From: an uncultured Pelagibacteraceae bacterium
Lineage (GTDB): Bacteria; Pseudomonadota; Alphaproteobacteria; Pelagibacterales; AG-422-B15
Length of the DNA: 64,000 bases
NCBI GenBank assembly: GCA_902578305.1
Contig: CACHCK010000003.1
Location: 66,492 to 130,491, forward strand
Direction of reading: 5' to 3'
In this document: positions 52,044 through 62,309 of the stretch, piece by piece
How positions within the stretch are numbered: position 1 is the first letter of the stretch
Layout of the letters: each line of letters starts with the position of its first letter
Notes under the pieces: generated by a model
Database searches by the model: none
What the model was told of the DNA's origin: nothing
Seen by the model: the letters and a program-made list of their open reading frames with translations, nothing else
Translations under genes and position numbers: made by a program

Positions 52044-52593
52044 TATAATTAAAGACGATATTACAAGCCGCATGGATTCTTCAATACAGTCTTTTAAGTC
52101 AGACATGCAGGGTATACGTACCGGAAGGGCATCGCCGAGTATGCTGGACTCAATTAAGATTGATGCGTATGGACAGAAAATGAATATTAACCAGCTTGGA
52201 AATATAACAACACCTGATCCTCGGACGATAAATATTGATATTTGGGATAGTGCCAACATATCACTTGTCGAGAAAGCATTAAGAGAATCTGATTTAGGTA
52301 TTAATCCAATGATTGAGGGAAATCTAATTAGATTGCCTCTACCGCAGCTCACAGAGGAAAGACGAAGTGAATTTTTAAAAATGGCAAGTAAAATATCAGA
52401 AAATACAAAAGTTGCTGTTAGAAACATAAGAAGAGATGGCATTGAACAAGTAAAAAAATTAGAAAAAGATAAAGAAATTGGACAGGATGATTCTAAAAAG
52501 TATCAAGAAAACATCGATAAAATAACCGCAGATCAAATTAAAAGTATCGATGAAATTTTAAAAAATAAAGAAGAAGATTTAAAAAAAATATAA
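52036..52593 (+). CDS. frr: Ribosome recycling factor
   Basis: IRTGRASP, LPQLTEERR, AVRNIRRD. Confidence 0.97.
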   Translation: MFDIIKDDITSRMDSSIQSFKSDMQGIRTGRASPSMLDSIKIDAYGQKMNINQLGNITTPDPRTINIDIWDSANISLVEKALRESDLGINPMIEGNLIRLPLPQLTEERRSEFLKMASKISENTKVAVRNIRRDGIEQVKKLEKDKEIGQDDSKKYQENIDKITADQIKSIDEILKNKEEDLKKI

Positions 52594-52599
52594 TCTTAA

Positions 52600-53295
52600 G
52601 TGAGCTTATCTAAATTATCAAAAAAAAAGATCAACCATGTCGCTATTATTATGGATGGTAATGGAAGATGGGCAAAAAAAAATAGCTATTCAAAAAAAAT
52701 TGGTCATGAATATGGTATAAAAAACTGCATCTCAATTTGCAATAATTTAAAACATCTCAAATATAACTTAAAAGAATTATCGTTTTATGTATTCTCAACT
52801 GAAAATTGGCACAGAAAACCCTCAGAAGTTGCAAATTTATTTTCATTAATAGACTCTTTTTACAAAGAATTTGAGTCTAAAGCAAATACTAACAATCTAC
52901 TAATAAGACATTATGGAAGTAGAAAAAGACTTTCAAAAAAATTATTAAAAATAATAGATAATGTAACTGAGAATACAAAAGAAAATAATGGTGTTACAAT
53001 TAATCTTTTATTTAATTATGGGTCTAGACAAGAAATAAATGATGCTGTTAAAAAAATAAAAAAAGAAAACTTAAGATCAATTGATCTAAAGAAATTTCTT
53101 TATGTGCCTGAGTCACATGATCCCGACTTAATAATAAGAACTGGAGGTGAGTTAAGACTAAGTAATTTTATGTTATGGCAAAGTGCGTATTCAGAATTAT
53201 ATTTTACCAAGGTTCTTTGGCCTGATTTTAAAATTTCTAATTTTAATCGCGCATTAGAAAATTATATGAAAAGAAATAGAAAGCATGGAAGATAG
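52600..53295 (+). CDS. uppS: Undecaprenyl diphosphate synthase
   Basis: HVAIIMDGNGRWA, FSTENW, NYGSR, IRTGGELRLSNFMLWQ. Confidence 0.95.
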   Translation: MSLSKLSKKKINHVAIIMDGNGRWAKKNSYSKKIGHEYGIKNCISICNNLKHLKYNLKELSFYVFSTENWHRKPSEVANLFSLIDSFYKEFESKANTNNLLIRHYGSRKRLSKKLLKIIDNVTENTKENNGVTINLLFNYGSRQEINDAVKKIKKENLRSIDLKKFLYVPESHDPDLIIRTGGELRLSNFMLWQSAYSELYFTKVLWPDFKISNFNRALENYMKRNRKHGR

Positions 53296-53934
53296 GTGAA
53301 TAATATTTTTAACAAAGAATTACTATATCGAGTAATCTCATTATTATTTTTTTTACCAATAGTTATTTTACCAATATTTTTTAGTAATTATGTCACAACA
53401 ATAATTTATCTATTATTTTTATCAGTAATTTTAAACGAAGCAAATGATATGAAGATAAAATCAAAATACAGTTTTATTTTTTATGTATTTTATATAATTT
53501 CGATTAGTTCATTTTTTCTTTTTATATTGTTATTGATCACAGGATATCTTACTAATTATGAACTGCTAACTATACTTATTATAATTTGGCTTTTTGACAC
53601 ATTTTCATTTTTAGGTGGTAAACTTGTCGGCGGGATGAAATTAATGCCTAGTATAAGCTCGGGAAAGACTGTAAGCGGTTTAATTATAGGAATATTATCT
53701 ACTCTTATTATTGCACAAATATTTTTAAGCAGTATGAACGTTCAGTATAAGATTTCAATTATGCAAGTCCTAATAATCATTGCCCTGTCTTTTGCAGGTG
53801 ATACTTTTGCATCACTTTTAAAACGTTTTTCATATGTGAAAGATTCAGGAAATATAATGCCTGGTCATGGCGGTTTGCTTGATAGGTTTGATTCTTTTAT
53901 TATGGTATTTTTTATATTTGGTATAACAATTTAG
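53296..53934 (+). CDS. cdsA: Phosphatidate cytidylyltransferase
   Basis: Hydrophobic; DTFSFLGG, SSGKT, KDSGNIMPGHGGLLDRFDS. Confidence 0.92.
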   Translation: MNNIFNKELLYRVISLLFFLPIVILPIFFSNYVTTIIYLLFLSVILNEANDMKIKSKYSFIFYVFYIISISSFFLFILLLITGYLTNYELLTILIIIWLFDTFSFLGGKLVGGMKLMPSISSGKTVSGLIIGILSTLIIAQIFLSSMNVQYKISIMQVLIIIALSFAGDTFASLLKRFSYVKDSGNIMPGHGGLLDRFDSFIMVFFIFGITI

Positions 53935-53939
53935 TTATT

Positions 53940-55094
53940 ATGAAAAAACTAAATACAGTTATTTATGGGGCGACCGGAAGTATAGGAGAATCATCATTAT
54001 CCATAATAAATAAAAATCGTAATCTTATTAATCTCGAGGGAATAACATGCAATACAAACTTAGATAAGTTATGCAAAATAGCTGAGCGATTTAATGTTAA
54101 GAAAATTGGATTTAATGAAAAATCAATAAAAAAATTTAAATTTTCAAAGAAATTGAACTCTTTTGATATTTATAATGACTTATCCAATTTTCATAATATT
54201 ATTTCAAAAAAAACAGACATAATAATTTTTGCTACTAGCGGTTTATCTTCATTAAATCTTTTAATTAAAATTCTGAAAACTGGAAAAAAAATCGGTATTG
54301 CAAATAAGGAATGCATAATTTCTTTAGGTAGAAAATTTAATTATATAGCAAGAAAACATGGGACAGAAATTATACCTTTGGATTCGGAGCATAATTCTAT
54401 TTATTTTCTTTTGAGACAAGACTTTGGAAAATTTAAATCAATTACTATAACTGCTTCTGGGGGGCCTTTTATAAACTTTAATCAAAACAGATTAAAAAAA
54501 GTTACTGTTAGTCAAGCTGTAAAACATCCAATTTGGAATATGGGTAAAAAAAATTCAATTGATTCAGCCACAATGATGAACAAAGCTCTAGAAATTATTG
54601 AAGCAAAATACTTATTTAATCTTAATGATGATGAAATTAGTGCCATTATTCATCCTCAAGCAATTATTCATGCTTTAATTAATTATAAAAATGGTGCCAG
54701 CACTGCAATTTTAAACAAGCCAGATATGCGTATACCAATTTCATCAATTTTTTTTGATTTTAATGAAAATTTATTAACAGATAATAATTTTGATTTGACG
54801 AGATATCCTCTTCTTGAATTTATGCCAATTAATATAAAAAAATTTCCTGCAATCAAAATTGGGTACCAGGTAATGAAAATGGGTGGACTTGCACCCCATG
54901 TTTTTAATTATTTAAATGAACTTCTGGTTAATTTATTTATTAAAAAAAAGATAAAATTTACGGATATAGTAGAATATAATGAGCTTAATTTGGAAAGGGT
55001 ATTCAAAAAGAATCAAAATATTACAAATCCAAAACTAAATGATATAAAGAAAATTAATAATTGGATTGACCATAATTTATATATTAGAAACTAA
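53940..55094 (+). CDS. dxr: 1-deoxy-D-xylulose 5-phosphate reductoisomerase
   Basis: GATGSIG, ANKE, PLDSEH, TASGGPF, HPIWNMG, SIDSATMMNK. Confidence 0.95.
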   Translation: MKKLNTVIYGATGSIGESSLSIINKNRNLINLEGITCNTNLDKLCKIAERFNVKKIGFNEKSIKKFKFSKKLNSFDIYNDLSNFHNIISKKTDIIIFATSGLSSLNLLIKILKTGKKIGIANKECIISLGRKFNYIARKHGTEIIPLDSEHNSIYFLLRQDFGKFKSITITASGGPFINFNQNRLKKVTVSQAVKHPIWNMGKKNSIDSATMMNKALEIIEAKYLFNLNDDEISAIIHPQAIIHALINYKNGASTAILNKPDMRIPISSIFFDFNENLLTDNNFDLTRYPLLEFMPINIKKFPAIKIGYQVMKMGGLAPHVFNYLNELLVNLFIKKKIKFTDIVEYNELNLERVFKKNQNITNPKLNDIKKINNWIDHNLYIRN

Positions 55095-55100
55095 TAACAT

Positions 55101-57365
55101 ATGATTTTAAGCTCTAAATTGAGACAATTTTTTTTAATCACTATACTTTTAGTAAGCTTAAATGTAGTGGCTTATGGTAACGAAAATAGGATTAATGACA
55201 TTGAAGTCCAGGGTACTCAAAGAATTGATATTGATACCGTTTTATCTTATGCAGATGTGAATATTGGAGATATTTATACTGAGGATTTAGGAAATAAGAT
55301 TTTAAAGGATTTATTTAATACAAATCTTTTTTCAAACTTAGAAATCTCTTTTCAAGAAAATAGTCTATTGATACTAATCAAAGAAAATCCAACAATTAAT
55401 TTAGTAAAATTTCTAGGTAACAGTAAGATTAAGGATGAAGATTTAATAATTGAAATATCATTAAAGGAAAGGTCTGTTTATTCTAGAAGTAAAGTTAAAA
55501 AAGATATCGAAAGAATGTTATCCTTATACCAAAGATCTGGAAGATTATCTACTGAAATTATTCCTAAAGTTGAATTACTAAATAATAATCGAATTAATTT
55601 GACATACGAGATAGAAGAGTCAGATATTGCTGAGGTTTCAAAAATTGTAATATTAGGCAACAAAGTATTTTCAACGTCTAAAATAAAATCAATTATGAAG
55701 ACAAAAGAAAAGACTTTGTTGAGGTTTTTGTCTTCTGCAGACAGATATGATCCAGATAAATTAGAGTATGATAAACAGTTAATAACTCAATTTTACAATA
55801 ATAATGGGTATCCAGATTTTAAATTTGTTACTTCAATTGCTCAACTTTCATTAAATAATAATAACTTTGAAATTATAATGTCAGTAAATGAAGGTAGAAA
55901 ATATAATTTTGGCGAAGTTAAGGTTATTAGTAAACTTGAAAAAATGAATATAGAACTTTTAGAGAGTTCATTACCATTTAATTCTGGAGACCTCTATGAT
56001 GCAAGTAAAATAAAGGAAAGTGTTGAGAAGATTAAAAATTCAGCTGAATTAAGTGGATATTCTTTTATTGATATCACACCAAGATTAGAAAATGATCAGG
56101 CCAATCAAGTTGTAAATATTAAAATAGAAGTAGACGAGGGTCCCAGAGTCTATGTGAATGAAATAGACATATCTGGCAATACAAGGACTATAGACAAAGT
56201 TATAAGAAGGGAGTTTTCACTCACTGAGGGTGATGCATATAATAAGTATGCAATTAATTATTCAAAAGATGCCATCAGAGCACTAAATTTTTTTTCGGAA
56301 GTCGATATTAAAGAAATTAGAACAGAATATCCTGATAAAATTGACTTAAGTATCACTGTTGAAGAACAAAACACAGGTGAAGCATCTTTTGGCGCTGGTT
56401 ATTCAAGTGCTACTTCTACATCTTTAAATATAGGGTTAAAAGAGACAAACTTTTTAGGTAAAGGTCAAAAAGTAAATCTTACATCAAGTTTTTCAAATAC
56501 AAGAAATACATATGATGTTGCCTATACAGAACCATATTTTAATAATAAACAGCTTTCATTGACAGGCAATCTATACAGTAGTTTTAATGATCCTGCTTCT
56601 GTAAACTATGAAACTGAAGATTTAGGCTTTGGCATCAAAGCGCAGTTTCCACTTGCACCTGACATATACTTCGAAACAAGATATTCATTATTTACCTCAA
56701 AAGTAAAAGCAGACTCAGATGCTACAGTATACGAAAATTTACTAGCAGGCACAGATACAAATTCTACCATTGGATATACATTAAATTTAGACAAAAGAAA
56801 TAGTAGGTATAAGCCATCAAAGGGATATAATTTTGAATTTGAACAGGACATTGCTGGCTTAGGGGGTACAAGCTACTATTTTAAAAACAGATTAGGTTAT
56901 AATTTTTACAAACGTATTAGTGACAATTTCATAGGCGCTTTTAAAGTACAGTTTGGAAGTTCTAATGGTTATAATGGAAAGTACGCTCCATTGTCGTCTA
57001 ACTACAAGTTAGGAGGTAAAAGATTAAGGGGATTTAAAGCGTCTAAGGTTGGTCCAAGAACTGGAAATTCATATACAGGAGGTCAGTACTTCTACTTGAC
57101 ATCTCTTGAAACAAATATTGATTTTAACTTTGATGCATATGATATTACTAGTACACTATTCCTTGATGTTGGGAGTGTATGGGGACTTGAAAACCCCGCA
57201 TATTCATCAATAAATGATGATCACGAACTACGATCATCCCTTGGAGTCAATTTTAATTGGAACTCTGCAATAGGTCCAATAAATATAATTTATGCAACTA
57301 TTTTGCAAAGTGAAGATACGGATACTACAGACAATTTATATTTTGATATTGGATATAATTTCTAA
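55101..57365 (+). CDS. bamA: Outer membrane protein assembly factor BamA
   Basis: Signal peptide, POTRA repeats (GTQRID, GNTRTIDKVIRRE), LRGF motif, terminal Phe. Confidence 0.95.
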   Translation: MILSSKLRQFFLITILLVSLNVVAYGNENRINDIEVQGTQRIDIDTVLSYADVNIGDIYTEDLGNKILKDLFNTNLFSNLEISFQENSLLILIKENPTINLVKFLGNSKIKDEDLIIEISLKERSVYSRSKVKKDIERMLSLYQRSGRLSTEIIPKVELLNNNRINLTYEIEESDIAEVSKIVILGNKVFSTSKIKSIMKTKEKTLLRFLSSADRYDPDKLEYDKQLITQFYNNNGYPDFKFVTSIAQLSLNNNNFEIIMSVNEGRKYNFGEVKVISKLEKMNIELLESSLPFNSGDLYDASKIKESVEKIKNSAELSGYSFIDITPRLENDQANQVVNIKIEVDEGPRVYVNEIDISGNTRTIDKVIRREFSLTEGDAYNKYAINYSKDAIRALNFFSEVDIKEIRTEYPDKIDLSITVEEQNTGEASFGAGYSSATSTSLNIGLKETNFLGKGQKVNLTSSFSNTRNTYDVAYTEPYFNNKQLSLTGNLYSSFNDPASVNYETEDLGFGIKAQFPLAPDIYFETRYSLFTSKVKADSDATVYENLLAGTDTNSTIGYTLNLDKRNSRYKPSKGYNFEFEQDIAGLGGTSYYFKNRLGYNFYKRISDNFIGAFKVQFGSSNGYNGKYAPLSSNYKLGGKRLRGFKASKVGPRTGNSYTGGQYFYLTSLETNIDFNFDAYDITSTLFLDVGSVWGLENPAYSSINDDHELRSSLGVNFNWNSAIGPINIIYATILQSEDTDTTDNLYFDIGYNF

Positions 57366-57916
57366 TGATATTTAAAAGCACATTTACAAAAATAGTAGTT
57401 ATGGGAATAATTATATTCCCTTTTTTTGGATCAGCTTATGCCGATTTCCCTCAAACTACAGTTGGGGTTATCGATCTTAATTATATATTGGCAGAGTCTA
57501 AAGCTGCAAAAGATGCTGCAGAAAAAATAGAAAAAATTGCTCAAAAAATAGAAAAAGAAGTTCAAGAAGAGGACCAAAGCATATTAGATGAACAAAATGA
57601 ACTTATTGAGTCGCAGCAAATTATGGCGCCCGCTGCGTTTGAGGAAAAAAGAAAAGACTATGAAAAAAAAGTTCAAAATTATAACATTTCGAGACAAGAA
57701 AAGCTAATGTCTATCGATATTCTTGTTACAGAGTCAAGAAACAATGTCTTAAATGCATTAAAGCCAATCCTAGAAGAATTATCAAATGATAAGGGTATTA
57801 CAGTACTTCTAGAAAAGAATTCAGTTTTGCTTAATGCGGAAAACATGGATATTACAAACGAGGCTCTAAAGGCACTTAATAAAGAATTGCCAAGTATAGA
57901 AGTAAAGCTAAATTAA
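57365..57916 (+). CDS. skp: Skp/OmpH periplasmic chaperone
   Basis: Signal peptide, VGVIDLNYIL, coiled coil, DITNEAL; follows bamA. Confidence 0.85.
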   Translation: MIFKSTFTKIVVMGIIIFPFFGSAYADFPQTTVGVIDLNYILAESKAAKDAAEKIEKIAQKIEKEVQEEDQSILDEQNELIESQQIMAPAAFEEKRKDYEKKVQNYNISRQEKLMSIDILVTESRNNVLNALKPILEELSNDKGITVLLEKNSVLLNAENMDITNEALKALNKELPSIEVKLN

Positions 57917-57921
57917 AAATA

Positions 57922-58902
57922 ATGAGACCTAGTTTTTGTAAAAACTTAGGACCTATAAGCATTGATAAGATCAAGTCATTAATTAAATGTAAAACTCTAA
58001 ATTTGTCTTTAAATGAAAAGTTTACAGACTTAGTAAGTTTAGAAAACCCTAGCAATGAATCAATCACATTTTTGTACGACGATGAAGTATATAATGATAA
58101 TCTTTCTTTAGACTCTGTTTTAATATGTTCAAAACAGAGAAAAAATGCAATTAATCCAAAACAAAAAGCTTTAATTGTTGACGATGTGCAGGAAGCAGTA
58201 GCTAAAATTTCAAATATTTTTTATAGAGATTTTAATACAAATGAAATAAATGATTTTAAAGAGCCAATTATTGGACAAGATTGTACAATTGGTAAAAATG
58301 TTACAATTGAAAATGGTGTTAAAATAGGTAACAAAGTTCTTATAAATCATGGTGCAATAATTGGTGTTAACTGTGTGATAGGAGATGGATGCCGCATAGG
58401 CTCAAACACAGTAATTTCAAATACAGTTATTGGGAATAAGGTCGAAATAGGGAATAACTCATCAATTGGCCAACCTGGTTTTGGCTTTTATTTAAGTAAA
58501 AATAATAACTTAAATATCTATCATTCAGGAATAGTTATACTGCAAAATAAAGTAAAGATAGGTTCTGCCTGTACAATTGATAGGGGAAGTTTCAGTGATA
58601 CGATAGTCGGTGAAAATACTTATTTAGATAATTTATGCCACATTGCGCATAATGTAAAAATTGGAAATAATTCTGCATTCGCAGCTATGACAGGAGTAGC
58701 CGGAAGCGCTAAAATTGGAAATAATGTGTTAACAGGTGGGCAAACGGGTATAGCTGGCCACATAGTTGTTGGTGACAATGTTCAAGTAGCCGCTAAAAGT
58801 GGTGTATTCAAAAGTTTGAGTAACGGAGAAAAGGTAATGGGTAATCCAGCTATTAAAATGCTAAAATTTATAAAAATATATAAAAAAATTTATGGTAAAT
58901 AA
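57922..58902 (+). CDS. lpxD: UDP-3-O-acylglucosamine N-acyltransferase
   Basis: Hexapeptide repeats, GQPGFG, TIDRG, LDNLCHIAHNV. Confidence 0.93.
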   Translation: MRPSFCKNLGPISIDKIKSLIKCKTLNLSLNEKFTDLVSLENPSNESITFLYDDEVYNDNLSLDSVLICSKQRKNAINPKQKALIVDDVQEAVAKISNIFYRDFNTNEINDFKEPIIGQDCTIGKNVTIENGVKIGNKVLINHGAIIGVNCVIGDGCRIGSNTVISNTVIGNKVEIGNNSSIGQPGFGFYLSKNNNLNIYHSGIVILQNKVKIGSACTIDRGSFSDTIVGENTYLDNLCHIAHNVKIGNNSAFAAMTGVAGSAKIGNNVLTGGQTGIAGHIVVGDNVQVAAKSGVFKSLSNGEKVMGNPAIKMLKFIKIYKKIYGK

Positions 58903-59350
58903 CGAAATAAACTTATCTTCGATTAAAGAATTAATACCCCACAGGGAACCATTTCTATATATTGATCAATTAAAGAATATTAAAAAACTATGCAATGCAA
59001 CCGGCATTAAGACTTTTTTAAAAAATGACATCATTTTTAAAGGTCATTTTCCGGGTCACCCTGTTGTACCTGGAGTCATTTTAATTGAAATGTTAGCTCA
59101 AACTGCTGCGGCACTAATTGCTTTTAGTATTAGAGATGAAACTTTTGATAAAATTGTTTATTTAATGAATATTGAAAATAGCAAGTTTAGAAAACCAGTA
59201 TTTCCAGGAGATAAAGTATTTGCTAATGTGCAAGCAAAAAGATCCAAGGGCAGGGTATGGCGGTTTGAAGGTGAGTCGTCAGGTGAAGATGGGAAAATTA
59301 TTTGTAGCGCTGGTTGGACAGCAATGATTATGGATCGTCAAAATGACTAA
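58892..59350 (+). CDS. fabZ: 3-hydroxyacyl-ACP dehydratase
   Basis: IPHREPFL, GHFPGHPVVPGVILIE, KFRKPVFPGD. Confidence 0.95.
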   Translation: MVNNEINLSSIKELIPHREPFLYIDQLKNIKKLCNATGIKTFLKNDIIFKGHFPGHPVVPGVILIEMLAQTAAALIAFSIRDETFDKIVYLMNIENSKFRKPVFPGDKVFANVQAKRSKGRVWRFEGESSGEDGKIICSAGWTAMIMDRQND

Positions 59351-60125
59351 TATACACAAGACTGCGATAATATCTAAAAATGCGGTTATTGGAAAGAACG
59401 TTACAATTGGAGCTTATTCAATAATTGGTGATTATGTAAAAATTGCAAATAACAATATTATCTATCCTTCAGTAGTAATAGATGGCAATACTGATATTGA
59501 TGAAAATAATAAAATTTATTCCTTTTCTTCAATAGGATCAATACCCCAAGACTTAAAATATCGTGGAGAAAAAAGTAAGCTTATTATAGGAAAAAATAAT
59601 GTATTTAGAGAGCACTGTACTGCCAATCTGGGAACAGAAGGTGATAATATGGAAACAATAATTGGAAATGGATCTTTATTTATGGTTGGCGTGCATATTG
59701 CACATGATTGCATAATTGGAGATGATGTTATTTTTGCTAATCAAGTGACTCTTGGTGGACACGTAGAAGTGAATAATAAGGCTGTAATTGGAGGAATATC
59801 TGCTGTACATCAATTTTGCAAAATTGGAAGTTTGGCAATGATTGGCGGTATGTCTGCTGTAGAAAATGATGTGATACCATTTAGTTTAGCTATCGGAAAT
59901 AGGGCAAAAATTATTGGAGTTAATATTATTGGCCTCAAAAGAGCGGAATATGACAAAGAAATTATTAGAGATTATTCAAAAACAGTTGAAAAAATATTTA
60001 AAGGAAATTCTATAGCAAATGAAAAAAATAATTTTATTAATTCAAAAAATCCACTAATCAAAGAATTAATTTCATTCTTAGAAAAAGAAAGTTCGCGAGG
60101 CCTTTGCAATTATGAAAAGAAATGA
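59343..60125 (+). CDS. lpxA: UDP-N-acetylglucosamine acyltransferase
   Basis: Hexapeptide repeats, PQDLKY, HIAHDC, LGGHV, VHQF. Confidence 0.96.
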   Translation: MTNIHKTAIISKNAVIGKNVTIGAYSIIGDYVKIANNNIIYPSVVIDGNTDIDENNKIYSFSSIGSIPQDLKYRGEKSKLIIGKNNVFREHCTANLGTEGDNMETIIGNGSLFMVGVHIAHDCIIGDDVIFANQVTLGGHVEVNNKAVIGGISAVHQFCKIGSLAMIGGMSAVENDVIPFSLAIGNRAKIIGVNIIGLKRAEYDKEIIRDYSKTVEKIFKGNSIANEKNNFINSKNPLIKELISFLEKESSRGLCNYEKK

Positions 60126-60936
60126 AACTTTCTGCATAATTGGTGGCGTTGACTCTCTTTCAAAATCATTTTTTTTCGATGCAAAGCTTAAAAACAAAGC
60201 ATCAATATTCATTAATATAAGTAATAAAAAATATAATCATAAGAGTTTTTACAACTTTAAAATTTTTCAATTAAAAAAAATCATTGATACTTTAAATAAG
60301 TTTAATATAAAAAATATTTTATTTTTAGGTAAAATAAATAGACCTGACTTATCTGAATTTAAGTATGATGGGGAAATAGATAAGCATATGCCTTTAATAT
60401 TAAAATCTTTTAAAAAAGGTGACGGTGAAATTTTATCGAGTGTAATAAAAATATTTAAGAAGTACAATTTTAAAGTTATATCCCCATATATAGTGTCAAA
60501 AAAAAATTTTTTTTTTAATGAAGAAGATTTACTTAGTAAACCATGCAAAATTGACACTGATGATATTAAAAAAGGGAAAAGCTTGCTGTATGATTTGTCA
60601 AAATATGATAACGCGCAATCAATTGTTGTTATAAAAGGACATATCATCGCAATAGAAGCTGCCGAAGGAACTGATTTATTACTCAAAAGAACTATAAATA
60701 TAAGAAAAGAAATGAATCAAATACAATATAAAGCTGGTATTTTAACGAAATTACCAAAATTTAATCAAAGTTTATTGATTGATTTACCAGTTTTAGGCGT
60801 GAAGACCCTGAAGTTGATAAAAAAAGCAAATTTGAATGGAATTGCGATAAATTCTAAGTTAACGCTAATTCATGAAAAGTCGAAGGTTATGAAATTTGCA
60901 AATGAAGAATCTATATCTATTTATGATATTTCCTAA
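60112..60936 (+). CDS. lpxI: UDP-2,3-diacylglucosamine diphosphatase LpxI
   Basis: Follows lpxA; GKINRP, GDGEIL, DNAQS, IAIEAAEGTD, DLPVLG. Confidence 0.82.
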   Translation: MKRNETFCIIGGVDSLSKSFFFDAKLKNKASIFINISNKKYNHKSFYNFKIFQLKKIIDTLNKFNIKNILFLGKINRPDLSEFKYDGEIDKHMPLILKSFKKGDGEILSSVIKIFKKYNFKVISPYIVSKKNFFFNEEDLLSKPCKIDTDDIKKGKSLLYDLSKYDNAQSIVVIKGHIIAIEAAEGTDLLLKRTINIRKEMNQIQYKAGILTKLPKFNQSLLIDLPVLGVKTLKLIKKANLNGIAINSKLTLIHEKSKVMKFANEESISIYDIS

Positions 60937-60938
60937 AT

Positions 60939-62261
60939 TTATCTTGTATTTTTTTTGGATCTTTTAATTCCATATTTCAAAGCTTTATTTCCAGAATAGA
61001 GTTGTCTAGGGCGACCGATTTTTTGAATTGGATCTTCAATCATTTCAGTCCAATGAGCTGTCCATCCAGCAGTCCTTGCAATTGCAAAAATTACAGTAAA
61101 CATTTCAGGCGGAAATCCCATTGCTCTCAAAATAATTCCTGAATAGAAATCAACATTTGGATAAAGTTTTTTTTCAATAAAATACTTATCTTTTAATGCA
61201 ATTTTTTCTAAATTAACCGCCAATTTAAGTATTGGATCATTTTTTATTCCTACATGATTAAGGACTTTTTGGCATATATTTTTTAAAATTTTGGCCCTTG
61301 GATCATAATTCTTATAAACTCTATGACCAAAACCCATTAATTTAAAATTATCTTTTTTATTTTTAGCTTTTTTCAGATATTTACTTATATTTTTTGATGA
61401 TCCAATTTCCTCAAGCATCTCAAGCGCAGCTTGATTAGCGCCACCATGCGCAGGGCCCCATAAAGATGATACTCCAGCTGCTATGCATGCGAATGGATTG
61501 GCCCCTGAGGAACCCGCTAATCTTACAGTTGAAGTCGAGGCATTTTGTTCATGATCAGCATGTAATATAAATATAGTATCCATTGCTTTAGCAAGAACAG
61601 GCGATACTTTGTAATCTTCAGCAGTATTACTAAAACACATATGTAAAAAATTTTCAGAAAATGTTAGGTCATTCTTTGGCGATACAAACGATTGTCCAAT
61701 TGAATATTTGTAAGCCATGGCACCTATAGTTGAAGACTTAGCCACTATTCTTCTAGTTGCTTCCTGTCTTTGATGTGCATCATTGATATCCAAACTATCT
61801 TGATAAAATGATGATAACGCACCCATCACGCCAACCATCATTGCCATTGGATGCGCATCACGTCTAAATCCTTGAAAAAAGTTAATTATTTGTTCATGTA
61901 AAAGTGTGTGTCTCGAAATTAATCTTTTGTATTTTTTTAACTGATTCTTATTTGGTAAGTCTCCATATATTAATAAATTGACAACTTCAATAAAATCACT
62001 TTTTTGTGCAAGTTCTTCAATATCATAACCTCTATATCTTAATATTCCTCTATTTCCGTCTATAAATGTAATCTTAGACTCACATGATGCAGTAGATGTA
62101 AATCCAGGGTCATAAGTAAAAACTCCTGCTTCAGAATGAAGTTTTGAAATGTCAATAACTGGTTCACCTTCTATTGAATTATAAATGGGAAAATTATATG
62201 TTTTATCAAAAATAGTTAAACTAGCAAAATTTTTTTTATTATTTTGCTTTCTATCAGACAT
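60939..62261 (-). CDS. gltA: Citrate synthase
   Basis: [49 protein letters not shown] at 62261 preferred over the TTG at 62264. Confidence 0.97.
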   Translation of the reverse strand: MSDRKQNNKKNFASLTIFDKTYNFPIYNSIEGEPVIDISKLHSEAGVFTYDPGFTSTASCESKITFIDGNRGILRYRGYDIEELAQKSDFIEVVNLLIYGDLPNKNQLKKYKRLISRHTLLHEQIINFFQGFRRDAHPMAMMVGVMGALSSFYQDSLDINDAHQRQEATRRIVAKSSTIGAMAYKYSIGQSFVSPKNDLTFSENFLHMCFSNTAEDYKVSPVLAKAMDTIFILHADHEQNASTSTVRLAGSSGANPFACIAAGVSSLWGPAHGGANQAALEMLEEIGSSKNISKYLKKAKNKKDNFKLMGFGHRVYKNYDPRAKILKNICQKVLNHVGIKNDPILKLAVNLEKIALKDKYFIEKKLYPNVDFYSGIILRAMGFPPEMFTVIFAIARTAGWTAHWTEMIEDPIQKIGRPRQLYSGNKALKYGIKRSKKNTR

Positions 62262-62309
62262 CAAATTATTAAATAAACTATTTGGCGAAATATAAAAGAC
62301 AAAAATAAA

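Noticed and set aside
473-60686. The many 60-160 aa antisense or nested ORFs in the track
   Set aside because: All lie inside well-supported genes and show no motifs or SD; treated as shadows
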